NCBI GenBank assembly: GCA_963805975.1
Contig: CAWDVR010000001.1
Coordinates: forward strand, 1,440,001-1,504,000
Source: an uncultured Acidobacteriota bacterium
GTDB lineage: Bacteria; Acidobacteriota; Thermoanaerobaculia; Multivoradales; SZUA-115
Reading direction: 5' to 3'
DNA length: 64,000 nt
This document shows positions 9,915 to 19,798 of the stretch, one piece after another (within the stretch, counting starts at the first letter, position 1; the number at the start of each line of letters is the position of its first letter). The translations under genes were made by a program, and so were the position numbers. The notes beneath the pieces were generated by a model. It was not told the DNA's origin and did not search any database. It saw only the letters and a list, made by a program, of their open reading frames with translations.

Positions 9915-10858
9915 CCCGCGGCCTCGACGACGGGCAGCTCGATGCGGAAGCGGGTGCCCGGCCGGCCTTCCTGCGAGAAGGCGCGCACCGTGCCTTTCAT
10001 CTCCCGCACCAGGCCGGAGACGATCGCCAGGCCCAGCCCGGTGCCCTTGCGGCGGTCGTTGATGCCGCGGCGGATCTGGTAGAAGCGGTCGAAGATCTTC
10101 TTGAGCTCCTTGCCGGGGATGCCCACGCCGTCGTCCTCGACCTCGATCGCCACCTTGCCGGGCAGGTCGGCGAGCCGGCAGCGCACCTCGCCGCCCCGGT
10201 TCGAGAAGTACACGGCGTTGTCGAGCAGGTTGGTCATCACCCGCTCGAGCGCGTCCTCGGTGGCCCGCACCACGGCGCGCGTGCCGCCCTCCACCGCCAG
10301 GTGCACCCCACGGCTCTCGACGCGCGGCCGGGCGGCCGAGAAGTAGGCGGTGAAGAAGCTCTCGAGCTCGATCGGCTCGAGGACGAGGCGTTTCTTTCTC
10401 GCCAGCAGGCGGCTGCTCTCGAGCACGTTGTCCACCAGCACGCCCATGCGCTCGGCCTCCTCGAGGATGAAGCTCACCGAGCGGCGCTGCTGGCCCTCCG
10501 ACAGGCCCGGCTGCTCCAGGGTCTGGGCGTGGAGCTTGATCCCGGCGAGCGGCGACTTCATCTCGTGCGTGATGTTGGAGACGAACTCCTCTTGTTTCTC
10601 GGAGTAGCGCCGCGCCGCGAGCGTCTGCGCGAGCTGGTAGGTGAGGCCGACGATGAGCAGGAAGAGCAGCGTGCAGCCCACGGTCAGCACCACCCACTGG
10701 AAGCCGCCGCCGCCGGACGGGCGGACCTGGAGTGCGAGCTCGTTGATGCGGGCGCTGGCGCGAACCACGTAGACCACCCACACGACCAGCAGGGCGATGG
10801 TGGCGAGGAGCGACAGGATGTACGTGAGGACGATGGGGGTGAAGCGCTTGCGGGTCAT
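9911..10858 (-). CDS. Sensor histidine kinase with two TM helices and a short loop
   Basis: ITHEMKSPL H-box, NLLDNA, DDGVGI, GTGLGL. Confidence 0.93.
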   Translation of the reverse strand: MTRKRFTPIVLTYILSLLATIALLVVWVVYVVRASARINELALQVRPSGGGGFQWVVLTVGCTLLFLLIVGLTYQLAQTLAARRYSEKQEEFVSNITHEMKSPLAGIKLHAQTLEQPGLSEGQQRRSVSFILEEAERMGVLVDNVLESSRLLARKKRLVLEPIELESFFTAYFSAARPRVESRGVHLAVEGGTRAVVRATEDALERVMTNLLDNAVYFSNRGGEVRCRLADLPGKVAIEVEDDGVGIPGKELKKIFDRFYQIRRGINDRRKGTGLGLAIVSGLVREMKGTVRAFSQEGRPGTRFRIELPVVEAAG

Positions 10859-10998
10859 GGGAACCCGTCTAGCCTAACCCAGGAAGGGCGCCGACCCTGC
10901 TAAACTGGCCCCTGCGTTTACCAGCGAAGAGCACTTACAGGCCCGGGCCTCGCTGCTGCAGCCGGTCGCCGGGTCGAGCCAACAAGGAGGCTTCCTCG

Positions 10999-13383
10999 AT
11001 GCCCATGTTCCGTCGTCTTGCGACCGCGATCGGATGGCTGGCCGGCCTCGCCGCCGCCGTGCCGGCCGCGGCCCTGCCCTCCCCCGACACCGCGCTACCG
11101 GTGACACGGGACTTCTACATCGTGCGCTTTGCCGAGGCGCCTCTCGCCCGCTACGCGGGTGGCGAGCCTGGCCTCGCGGCCACCAACCCGCAGGCCCGCG
11201 GCGAGGCGAAGCTCGACGCCCGGAGCCCGGAGAGCCAGGCCTATCTCGCCCATCTCGACCGTGTCCAGGGCGATCACCTGGCGGTGATGGAGGACACTCT
11301 CGGCCGGTCGCTCGACGTGGTCTTCCGTTACCGGGCGGTCTACAACGGCGTTGCGGTGCGCATGAACGAGGCCGAGGCGACGCGGGTCGCCGCGCTCCCC
11401 GGCGTCCTTTCCGTGCTGCCGGACGTGCACTATCCCCAGCACACCGACCGCGGACCGATCTTCATCGGCGCTCCCGGCATCTGGAACGGCACCGACACCG
11501 GCGGCCTGCCCGGCACCAAGGGCGAGGGGATCATCTTCGGCGACATCGACTCCGGGGTGAACATGCTCCACCCCTCGTTCTCGGACACGCCGGCCGACGC
11601 CTACACCTACGTCAATCCCAACGGCTCCGGCAACTTCCAGGGCTGGTGCGATCCGCTCAATCCCGACTACAGCCCGGCCTACAACTGCAACGACAAGCTG
11701 ATCGGCGCCTGGGACTTCGTCGAGGCGGTGCCCGGCATCACCGAGGCGGACGGGCCGGAGGACGACAACGGCCACGGCAGCCACACGGCCTCGACGACGG
11801 TGGGCAACACCTTACCCAGCCCTGCCATGTCGGGCGTGGCGCCGCATGCCAGCATCATCACCTACGACGCCTGTTTCACCTCCGGTGCCCAGGGCCTCTG
11901 CCCCTTCGCCGCCACCTCGGCGAGCGTCGAGCAGGCAGTACTGGACGGCGTGGACGTGATCAACTACTCGATCGGCGGCGGCAGCAGCCCCTGGGGCGGT
12001 GACATCGATACCTTCTTCCTGGACGCCGTGGCAGCCGGGGTGTTCGTGTCGGCCTCTGCCGGCAACTCCGGGCCCACCGCCTCGACCGTCGCCCACTTGG
12101 GCCCCTGGGTCATCACCGTCGGCGCCAGCACCCACGACCGCGTCAACGTGTTCAACGACCTCACCGGGATGACCGGTGGCACCTCGCCGCCGGCCGACAT
12201 GCAGGGCGCCAGCCGCACCGGCGCCTATGGCCCGGCTCCCATCGTCCACGCCCGCGCTTTCGACGCCTTCCCGCCCGGAGACCCCAGCGACGGCCAGTGC
12301 CTGACGGCCTTCCCGGCTGGTACCTGGACCGGCGGGCAGATCGTGATGTGTGACCGTGGCACCCTGGCGCGTGTGCTCAAGTGCGCCAACGTACAGGCGG
12401 GTGGTGCGGGTGGCTGCATCCTGGGCAACCTCGCGGAGGTCGGGGTGATCGCCGATCCCCACGTCGTCCCGGCAACCCACGTGGACCAGGCCGAAGCCAC
12501 CGCGCTCCGCACCTGGCTCGCGACCGGCAGCGGCCACACCGGCTCGATCACCGCCTCGGCGGTCGAGATCGATCCGGCGGTGGCGGACATCATGGCGGGC
12601 TTCAGCTCGCGCGGTCCGAACCTGACCTTCGACGCCCTGAAGCCGGACGTGACCAACCCCGGGGTGAACATCTTCGCCGCCGTGCACGAGGCCTCCATTC
12701 CCGGCTTCACGCCGGACTTCGGCAACCTCTCCGGCACCTCGATGTCGAGCCCGCACACTGCCGGCTCCGGCATCTTGCTGCGGGCGCTCCACCCCACCTG
12801 GACGCCCAGCGAGATCAAGTCGGCCCTGATGACCACCGGCAAGACGGCCGACGTGTTCAAGGAGGACTCGACGACCCCGGCCGATCCCTTCGATCGCGGC
12901 GCCGGCAGAGTGGACCTCTCCAAGGCCGGTAGAGTCGGCATCACGCTCGACGAGACCGCCGCCAACTACCTGGCGGCCAACCCCGGCACCGGCGGCAACC
13001 CGCGCACCCTCAACGTGCCCAGCATGCAGCACTCCGCCTGTGCCGGCTCCTGCTCCTGGACGCGCACGGTGGACAGCGCCGTGGCCTCGTCGGTGACCTG
13101 GACCGTCACCACCAGCGGGCCGCTCGGGCTGCTCCTGTCGGTGACACCCGCCTCGTTCACCCTCGGTAGCGGAGCCAGCCAGGCGCTCACCATCCAGGCG
13201 CAGATGAGCTTCCTGCTGCCCCTCAACGTCTTCGTCTTTGGCGAGGTGACGCTGACGCCGAACAATCCGGCCATCCCGGCGGCGCACTTCCCCATCGCGG
13301 TGCGCCCGACCGCTACGAGCTCGATCTTCGCCGATGGTTTCGAGTCCGGGAACACCTCGGCCTGGTCGCTGACGGTCCCGTAG
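10999..13383 (+). CDS. Secreted S8 subtilase (I9 propeptide, PA domain, Fn3-like domain, IFADGFESG tail)
   Basis: GDIDSG, GHGSHTAST, SAGNSG, SGTSMSSPH; AAGGAGG RBS. Confidence 0.92.
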   Translation: MPMFRRLATAIGWLAGLAAAVPAAALPSPDTALPVTRDFYIVRFAEAPLARYAGGEPGLAATNPQARGEAKLDARSPESQAYLAHLDRVQGDHLAVMEDTLGRSLDVVFRYRAVYNGVAVRMNEAEATRVAALPGVLSVLPDVHYPQHTDRGPIFIGAPGIWNGTDTGGLPGTKGEGIIFGDIDSGVNMLHPSFSDTPADAYTYVNPNGSGNFQGWCDPLNPDYSPAYNCNDKLIGAWDFVEAVPGITEADGPEDDNGHGSHTASTTVGNTLPSPAMSGVAPHASIITYDACFTSGAQGLCPFAATSASVEQAVLDGVDVINYSIGGGSSPWGGDIDTFFLDAVAAGVFVSASAGNSGPTASTVAHLGPWVITVGASTHDRVNVFNDLTGMTGGTSPPADMQGASRTGAYGPAPIVHARAFDAFPPGDPSDGQCLTAFPAGTWTGGQIVMCDRGTLARVLKCANVQAGGAGGCILGNLAEVGVIADPHVVPATHVDQAEATALRTWLATGSGHTGSITASAVEIDPAVADIMAGFSSRGPNLTFDALKPDVTNPGVNIFAAVHEASIPGFTPDFGNLSGTSMSSPHTAGSGILLRALHPTWTPSEIKSALMTTGKTADVFKEDSTTPADPFDRGAGRVDLSKAGRVGITLDETAANYLAANPGTGGNPRTLNVPSMQHSACAGSCSWTRTVDSAVASSVTWTVTTSGPLGLLLSVTPASFTLGSGASQALTIQAQMSFLLPLNVFVFGEVTLTPNNPAIPAAHFPIAVRPTATSSIFADGFESGNTSAWSLTVP

Positions 13384-13405
13384 GGATTGGACCCGGTTCG
13401 ATGGA

Positions 13406-13430
13406 CGGGGCGGCCCTCACGGCCGCCCCG
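13406..13430. terminator. GC hairpin between convergent genes
   Basis: CGGGGCGGCC-ctcac-GGCCGCCCCG perfect 10-bp stem; no U-tract. Confidence 0.6.
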
Positions 13431-13447
13431 GACTTGCCCCTTACCCT

Positions 13448-13843
13448 TCAGAGAGTGACGACGCTCCGCGCCTCGGCGATCATCTGCGAGAAGGTCTGCC
13501 AGCCGAGGATGGCGTCCACCGCGGCCTGCACCCTGGCCTGGTCCAGGCTGTAGAAGCGGGTCGAGGCGCTGCAGGCGTAGAGGCGGACGAGCCCGCTCTC
13601 GCGGCCTGGTGCCAGGAGATCCGAGAGCGGTGGCAGGTCCAGGACCTCCAACCGCTCGGCGGTGAGCGGCGGCGCCGGGTCGAGCGCATCCCAGCCACCC
13701 TCCACCCAGGCTTCGAGAGCACCGAAGAAGAGCGCGATGTCCACCGAGCCGCCACCCGCGGCGTGGCTCGCCGCGAGCGAAGAGATCTGGAAGCGGCCGT
13801 CCCAGTGGCCGGCATGGGCCAGGATCAGGAGGTCAGCGGCCAT
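13448..13843 (-). CDS. DsrE/DsrF-like protein
   Basis: 131 aa; IALFFGAL, RLYACSAS, VDAILGWQTF pattern of the DsrE fold. Confidence 0.65.
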   Translation of the reverse strand: MAADLLILAHAGHWDGRFQISSLAASHAAGGGSVDIALFFGALEAWVEGGWDALDPAPPLTAERLEVLDLPPLSDLLAPGRESGLVRLYACSASTRFYSLDQARVQAAVDAILGWQTFSQMIAEARSVVTL

Positions 13844-13858
13844 GGGTAGGTTCCCGAC

Positions 13859-14884
13859 CTACGACGCCGCCTCCCCCACCACCCAGGTCTCGGGGCCGCG
13901 GATCAGATCTTCGAGCTTCGCCGGCCGGCGTGCCTGCGCCTCGGCGATCTGCGCCACCGCGGCGGCGTCGTAGGTCGGCATGTCGACCGCCCGCACCACG
14001 CCGATCGGCGTCGGGAACTCGGGCGGCAGGAGCTGCGACATCAGGAAGGCGAAGATCGGGTCCTTCTGCCCCTCGTCCCACACCAGGCAGTCGTCGGCGC
14101 TCCACTGGCCGCCGAGCTCGATCACCTCGAGCCTGGTACCGGCGAGGCGGATGCCCTTGTTGCGGCCGGCGCCGAAGGTGAGCGGCTTGCCGTGCTCGAG
14201 GTAGAGCACCCCGTCCTCGCGGCTCTCTTTGTCGGTCATGTAGGTGAAGGCGTGATCGTTGAAGATGTTGCAATTCTGGTAGATCTCGATGAAGGCCGTG
14301 CCCTGGTGCTGGTTGGCGCGGCGCAGCACCTCGCGCAGGTGGGGCTGGAAGATGTCGACGCTCCGCGCCACGAAGGTGGCGCCGGCACCGATCGCCAGTG
14401 CCAGCGGGTTGAAGGGGTAGTCGACCGAGCCCATCGGCGTCGACTTGGTCCGCTTCCCCACCTCGCTGGTCGGCGAGTACTGGCCCTTGGTCAGGCCGTA
14501 GATCCGGTTGTTGAACATCAGCACCTTGACCCCGACGTTCCTGCGGATCAGGTGGATGAAGTGATTGCCGCCGATCGACATGGTGTCGCCGTCGCCGGTC
14601 GCGATCCACACCTCGAGGTCCGGCCGCGCGAGCTTGAGGCCGGTGGCCACGGCCGGCGCCCGGCCGTGGATGGTGTGGAAGCCGTAGGTGTTCATGTAGT
14701 AGGGGAAGCGGCTGGAGCAGCCGATGCCCGACACCACCACGAACTTCTCCTTCGGGATGCCCAGCTCCGGGAACACCGTCTGCACGGCGGAGAGGATGGC
14801 GTAGTCCCCGCAGCCGGGGCACCAGCGCACCTCCTGGTCGGTCTGGAAGTCCTTCTTGGTGAGGACCGGCGCGTCAACGGGCAT
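13859..14884 (-). CDS. korB: 2-oxoacid:ferredoxin oxidoreductase beta subunit
   Basis: WCPGCGD, SGIGCSSR, HGRA, GDGD, YGLTKGQYSPT. Confidence 0.93.
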   Translation of the reverse strand: MPVDAPVLTKKDFQTDQEVRWCPGCGDYAILSAVQTVFPELGIPKEKFVVVSGIGCSSRFPYYMNTYGFHTIHGRAPAVATGLKLARPDLEVWIATGDGDTMSIGGNHFIHLIRRNVGVKVLMFNNRIYGLTKGQYSPTSEVGKRTKSTPMGSVDYPFNPLALAIGAGATFVARSVDIFQPHLREVLRRANQHQGTAFIEIYQNCNIFNDHAFTYMTDKESREDGVLYLEHGKPLTFGAGRNKGIRLAGTRLEVIELGGQWSADDCLVWDEGQKDPIFAFLMSQLLPPEFPTPIGVVRAVDMPTYDAAAVAQIAEAQARRPAKLEDLIRGPETWVVGEAAS

Positions 14885-16781
14885 CGGGCACCTCGAGCAC
14901 CTCGCGAATCCTGTCGTAGAGCTCCTGGCGAAAGAACGGCTTGCCCTGCACCTTGCTGAAGGTGATGACGTCTTTGAGATAGCGGGCGCGCAGCAGCAGG
15001 GCGAGCTGGCCGGAGTTCATCTCAGGCACCAGCACGCGGGAGAACCGCGCCAGCACCTCGCCCAGGTTGTCTGGGAAGGGGTTCAGGTGACGCAGATGAG
15101 CACGGGAGACCGGCAGGCCCTCGCGCCGCGCCTGGTTGACCGCGCCGGTGATGGCGCCGGCCGTCGAGCCCCAGCCCAGGACCAGGAGCGGGCCGCCCTC
15201 GGGATCGCCTTCGACCACCACCGGCGGGATGTCGCGGGCGATCCGCGCCACCTTCTCCGCCCTGAGGCGCACCATGCGCTCGTGGTTGCCCGCGTCGTAG
15301 GAGACGTTGCCGGTCACGTCCTGCTTCTCGATGCCGCCGATCCGGTGCTCGAGGCCGGGCGTGCCGGGAATGGCCCAGACGCGGGCCAGCGTCTCGGCGT
15401 TGCGCACGTAGGGATGGAACCCTTGCGGGTCGTCGCGGAAGGAGACCTGCAAATCCGGCAGATCCTCGACCCGCGGCAGCTTCCAGGGCTCCGAGCCGTT
15501 GGCGATGTAGCCGTCCGAGAGCAGGACCACCGGCACCATGTACTTGAGCGCCAGCCGGCAGGCCTCGACGGCGGTCTCGAAGCAGTCCTTGGGCGACGAG
15601 CAGGAGACCACCGGCACCGGGGACTCGCCATTCCGGCCGAACATCACCTGCAGCAGGTCGGACTGCTCGGTCTTGGTGGGCATGCCGGTCGAAGGGCCGC
15701 TCCTCTGGATGTCGCAGACCACCAGCGGCAGCTCGACCATCAGGGCCAGGTTCATGGCCTCGGCCTTGAGCGCGATCCCCGGCCCGCTCGACACGGTGAT
15801 GCCCAGCGCTCCACCGAAGGCGGCGCCGATCGCCGCGCAGATCGCCGCGATCTCGTCCTCGGCCTGGAAGGTGGTGACGCCGAAGTGCTTGTAGCCGGCC
15901 AGCTCCTCGAGCACTCCCGAGGCCGGGGTGATCGGGTAGGCGCCCAGGAAGAGCGGCAGGCCGCTCCGGCGGCTGGCGGCCACCAGGCCGATCGACAGCG
16001 CCGAGTTGCCGTTGATGTTGCGGTAGGTGCCGGGCTCGAGGTCTGCCTTGTCCACCTCGTAGCGGACCTGGAAGGCCTCGGTGATGTTGCAGAAGTTCCA
16101 GCCCGCCTTGAGCACCTTGATGTTGGCCTGGGCGAGCTCCGGCTTGGCCTTGAAGCGGCTGCCGATCCAGGCGATCGAGTTGTCGAGCGGGCGCGAGAAC
16201 AGCCAGTAGGCCATGCCGAGGGCGAACATGTTCTTCGCCCGCTCGACGCTCTTCGAGTCGAGCCCGCTCTCCTCGAGCGTGCGCCGCGTCATGGTAGTGA
16301 GCGCCGCCTGGTAGACGCGGTAGCCGGCGAGGCTGCCGTCCTCGAGCGGGTTGGTCGTGAGGCCGGCTTTCTTGAAGTTGCGCTCGTTGAACTCGTCGGT
16401 GTTGACGATCACCACGCCGTTGGGCTTCAGGTCCTGGATCTCTTTGGTGAGCGCCGCCGGGTTCATCGCCACCAGCACGTCCGGGGCGTCGCCGGGCGTG
16501 TGGATCTCGTGGTCCGCGATCCGCACCTGGAAGGCGGAGACGCCGGGGAGCGTTCCCGCCGGGGCACGGATCTCGGCCGGAAAGTCCGGCAGGGTCGAGA
16601 GGTCGTTGCCGAGGAGCGCCGAGGTGTTGGTGAACTGGCCGCCGGTCAGCTGCATGCCGTCGCCGGAGTCCCCGGCAAAGCGGATGACGACGTCCTCGAG
16701 CTTCTCGAGGCGGACCTCGCGGAGCTGGGTGAGCCCGGTCTCGGGCGAGGTTTCTCGAGTGGTGGTGGCGGGGGTGGTCAT
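14874..16781 (-). CDS. korA: 2-oxoacid:ferredoxin oxidoreductase alpha (gamma-alpha fusion) subunit
   Basis: FAGDSGDGMQLTG, YPITPAS, QAEDEIAA, GPSTGMPT, EMNSGQL. Confidence 0.93.
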   Translation of the reverse strand: MTTPATTTRETSPETGLTQLREVRLEKLEDVVIRFAGDSGDGMQLTGGQFTNTSALLGNDLSTLPDFPAEIRAPAGTLPGVSAFQVRIADHEIHTPGDAPDVLVAMNPAALTKEIQDLKPNGVVIVNTDEFNERNFKKAGLTTNPLEDGSLAGYRVYQAALTTMTRRTLEESGLDSKSVERAKNMFALGMAYWLFSRPLDNSIAWIGSRFKAKPELAQANIKVLKAGWNFCNITEAFQVRYEVDKADLEPGTYRNINGNSALSIGLVAASRRSGLPLFLGAYPITPASGVLEELAGYKHFGVTTFQAEDEIAAICAAIGAAFGGALGITVSSGPGIALKAEAMNLALMVELPLVVCDIQRSGPSTGMPTKTEQSDLLQVMFGRNGESPVPVVSCSSPKDCFETAVEACRLALKYMVPVVLLSDGYIANGSEPWKLPRVEDLPDLQVSFRDDPQGFHPYVRNAETLARVWAIPGTPGLEHRIGGIEKQDVTGNVSYDAGNHERMVRLRAEKVARIARDIPPVVVEGDPEGGPLLVLGWGSTAGAITGAVNQARREGLPVSRAHLRHLNPFPDNLGEVLARFSRVLVPEMNSGQLALLLRARYLKDVITFSKVQGKPFFRQELYDRIREVLEVPDAR

Positions 16782-16797
16782 GGCCTGGGGTCCCGGC

Positions 16798-17445
16798 TCA
16801 CGAGGCCACACCCGACTGCGGCGCCCGCGCCTCGAGCGCCCCGGCGCGGCGCGCGGCGTCCACCAGGTTGAAGGCGTCACGCCGCATCTTGGCGCGCACG
16901 ATCTCTTCTTCCGGGTAGCGTGGCCGGTAGCCCAGGCGGTTCTCGTCGAAGGCGAAGGGCTTCAGCAGGTCCTCCTTGCCGACGATCGACTGCTCGCGGG
17001 TGTAGTAGGCCATGTCGTAGTTGTTGCTCATGATGATGGCCTCTTCCGGGCAGGCGTCCACGCAGTAGCCGCAGAACACGCAGCGCAGCATGTCGATCTC
17101 ATAGACCACCGGGTACTTCTCGATGTTGACGTCCGGATGCTCGCCGGCCTCGATGGTGATGCAGTCGGCCGGGCAGTTCTGGGCGCAGAGGAAGCAGGCG
17201 ACACAGCGCACCGAACCGTCGGGCCGGCTGGTCAGGATGTGGTGGCCGCGGAAGCGATGGCTGTACTCGCGCCGCTCCTCGGGGTACTCGATGGTGTACT
17301 TCGGACCCCGGAAGAGGGTGCGAAAGAAGTGCTTCGCGGTCACCATCAGGCCGGAGAGGAGCGGCAGGTAGAGCTTCTCGGCCAGGCCCTGCTTGTACGG
17401 CCTGGTCGTGGTGGGATGAGGGGTGGCGATCACGGGCTGGCTCAT
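16798..17445 (-). CDS. nuoI: NADH-quinone oxidoreductase subunit I
   Basis: CVACFLCAQNCP and CVFCGYCVDACP (two [4Fe-4S] motifs); ATGA overlap with nuoCD. Confidence 0.93.
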   Translation of the reverse strand: MSQPVIATPHPTTTRPYKQGLAEKLYLPLLSGLMVTAKHFFRTLFRGPKYTIEYPEERREYSHRFRGHHILTSRPDGSVRCVACFLCAQNCPADCITIEAGEHPDVNIEKYPVVYEIDMLRCVFCGYCVDACPEEAIIMSNNYDMAYYTREQSIVGKEDLLKPFAFDENRLGYRPRYPEEEIVRAKMRRDAFNLVDAARRAGALEARAPQSGVAS

Positions 17446-19142
17446 CGCTCGAGCTCTCCGGCAATGACGTTCAAGCCGCCCAGCGAGATCACGGCGTCCG
17501 ACAGCGTGCCGCCCTGGATCAGCTCGGAGAAGGAAGAGAAGATCGGGAAGCACGGCGGCCGCACCTTGAGCCGGTAGGGCTTCGAGGAGCCGTCCGAGAT
17601 GGCGTAGAAGCCGAGCTCGCCGTTGGCGCCCTCGACCGCGGAGTACTGCTCGCCGGCCGGCACCTGGATGCCGTCCATGATCAGCTTGAAGTGATAGATC
17701 ATCGCCTCCATCTGGTTGTAGCAGGCCTCTTTCGAGGGCAGGGCGACATGCGGGTCGTCGACGATGAACGGGCCCTCGGGAATGCCGCGGTCGAGGAGCT
17801 GGCGGATCATCGACAGCGACTGGCGGACCTCGAGCATGCGGATGCGGAAGCGGTCGTGGATGTCGCCGCCGTGGAGCACCGGCACCTCGAAGTCGAGCTC
17901 AGAGTAGAGGTCGTACGGATGCGCCCGGCGCAGGTCCCACTCGACACCCGAGGCGCGCAGGCACGGCCCGGTCCAGCCCCAGTTGACGGCGTCGGCGCCG
18001 TTCATCACCGCCACGCCCACGGCCCGGTCGAGCCAGATGCGGTTCTTGTTGATCAGCTTCTCGACGTCGTCGAGGAACGGCGGGATGATCTCGAGCAGGC
18101 GCCGGGAGCGGGACATGAAGTCCGGCGGCAGATCCTGCGCCAGGCCGCCGATGCGGCCGTAGGAGACCGTGAGCCGCGCGCCGGAGCAGGCCTCCAGGAG
18201 TCCGTAGATCTCCTCGCGCGGCTGGAACATGTACCAGAAGTTGGTGAGCGCCCCGGCGTCGACCAGCGTGGTGCCGTTGCACACGCAGTGGTCCATGACG
18301 CGGGAGAACTCGGAGAGCACGGTGCGCGCCCACACCGCCTTGGGCGGTGCCTCGATGCCGAGCATGGTCTCGACCGTGCGGCAGTAGCCCACGTTGTTGA
18401 TGAACGAGGAGCAGTAGTTGAGGCGGTCGGTGTAGGGGATCACCTGCTGCCAGTTGTGGGTCTCCGCCATCTTCTCGAAGCAGCGGTGCAGGTACCCGGT
18501 CTCGATCTCCGAGGCGACGATCACCTCGCCGTCGAGCTCGGCCACCAGCCGGAAGGTGCCGTGCATGGCCGGGTGCGAAGGCCCGATGTTGATCGTCATG
18601 CGCTCGAACATGTCGTCGGCGCCCTGCGGCACCGAGAGCTGCGGCCGGTACATCTTGTCCTCGGTCAGGATCCAGCGCCGCGCCGCGTCGTAGTCCTTGC
18701 GCAGCGGATGGCCCTGGAACGCCTCGTGGGTGAGCAGGCGCCGGAGGTTGGGATGGCCGGTGAAGCGCAGACCGAACATCTCGTAGGCCTCGCGCTCGAA
18801 CCAGTCGGCGGCCTTCCACACCGGGATGAGCGACGGCAGCACCGGGTCGGCGGCAGTGAGCGGTACCTTCAGGCGCAGGCGCCTGGCGCGCGGCAGCGAG
18901 TAGAGGTGATAGACGGCCTCGAAGCGCTCGGCACGGTCCGGATAGTCGACGCCGCAAAGATCCAGCAGTAGGTCGAAGCGCGTCTCCGGGCTCTCGGCCA
19001 AGTCACGCGCCACCTCGGCCAGCACCTCCCGGCGGACGACCCAGGTCTCCTGGTCCATCCCCTCCTGGACGGCGATCGAGCCGGCCGGGTACTTGTCGAA
19101 CGCCCTAGGCAGAGGCGGCTGCGGCAGCGTCTCGACGGCCAC
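17442..19142 (-). CDS. nuoCD: NADH-quinone oxidoreductase fused subunit C/D
   Basis: WFEREAYEMFG, GHPLRKDY, NIGPSHPAMHG, GYLHRCFEK, YTDRLNY. Confidence 0.94.
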   Translation of the reverse strand: MAVETLPQPPLPRAFDKYPAGSIAVQEGMDQETWVVRREVLAEVARDLAESPETRFDLLLDLCGVDYPDRAERFEAVYHLYSLPRARRLRLKVPLTAADPVLPSLIPVWKAADWFEREAYEMFGLRFTGHPNLRRLLTHEAFQGHPLRKDYDAARRWILTEDKMYRPQLSVPQGADDMFERMTINIGPSHPAMHGTFRLVAELDGEVIVASEIETGYLHRCFEKMAETHNWQQVIPYTDRLNYCSSFINNVGYCRTVETMLGIEAPPKAVWARTVLSEFSRVMDHCVCNGTTLVDAGALTNFWYMFQPREEIYGLLEACSGARLTVSYGRIGGLAQDLPPDFMSRSRRLLEIIPPFLDDVEKLINKNRIWLDRAVGVAVMNGADAVNWGWTGPCLRASGVEWDLRRAHPYDLYSELDFEVPVLHGGDIHDRFRIRMLEVRQSLSMIRQLLDRGIPEGPFIVDDPHVALPSKEACYNQMEAMIYHFKLIMDGIQVPAGEQYSAVEGANGELGFYAISDGSSKPYRLKVRPPCFPIFSSFSELIQGGTLSDAVISLGGLNVIAGELER

Positions 19143-19686
19143 GGGACTCTCTCTCCTTGGCGAGCCGCTCGCGATGCTTCTCGCGGTCGCGGATCACCTT
19201 CTCTTTGAGGGTGAGCACGCCGTAGATCAGCCCCTCGGGGGTCGGCGGGCAGCCGGGAACGTAGACGTCCACGGGGATGATCTCGTCGATGCCCTGCATT
19301 ACGTGGTAGGCGCGGTAGAAGCCGCCCGAGCAGGCGCAGGCGCCCATCGAGATCACCCACTTGGGGTCGGCCATCTGGTCGTAGATCTTCTTGAGCACCG
19401 GCCCCATCTTGTCGTTGATGGTGCCGGCGACGATCAGCACGTCGCTCTGGCGGGGCGAGAAGCGCACCACCTCCGAGCCGAAGCGCGACATGTCGTAGTG
19501 GGCCGACACCGTGCTCATGAACTCGATGGCGCAGCAGGCGGTGCCGAACGGGAAGGGCCAGAAGGAGTGTCGTAGAGACCAGTCCTCGAGCTTTTCGAAG
19601 CGGGTGGTCACCCAGGACTCGCCGGTCAGGCCGCTCTTGGCGGAGCGCCCTTCCCCGGAGTCCAGGACTTTCAACTTGTCACTCAT
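19105..19686 (-). CDS. nuoB: NADH-quinone oxidoreductase subunit B
   Basis: GTACCAIE, SPRQSD, MGACA, VPGCPP. Confidence 0.95.
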   Translation of the reverse strand: MSDKLKVLDSGEGRSAKSGLTGESWVTTRFEKLEDWSLRHSFWPFPFGTACCAIEFMSTVSAHYDMSRFGSEVVRFSPRQSDVLIVAGTINDKMGPVLKKIYDQMADPKWVISMGACACSGGFYRAYHVMQGIDEIIPVDVYVPGCPPTPEGLIYGVLTLKEKVIRDREKHRERLAKERESRGRRDAAAAASA

Positions 19687-19798
19687 CGGTGCCCCCTTCG
19701 AGGTGCGACTCTACCACCAGCGGCGTGCCTCATCCAAACGCTTGTGCGCGCCGGCACAAGCCTGGAAAACCTACCGGAAGTGGCACTTAGGGACCTGT

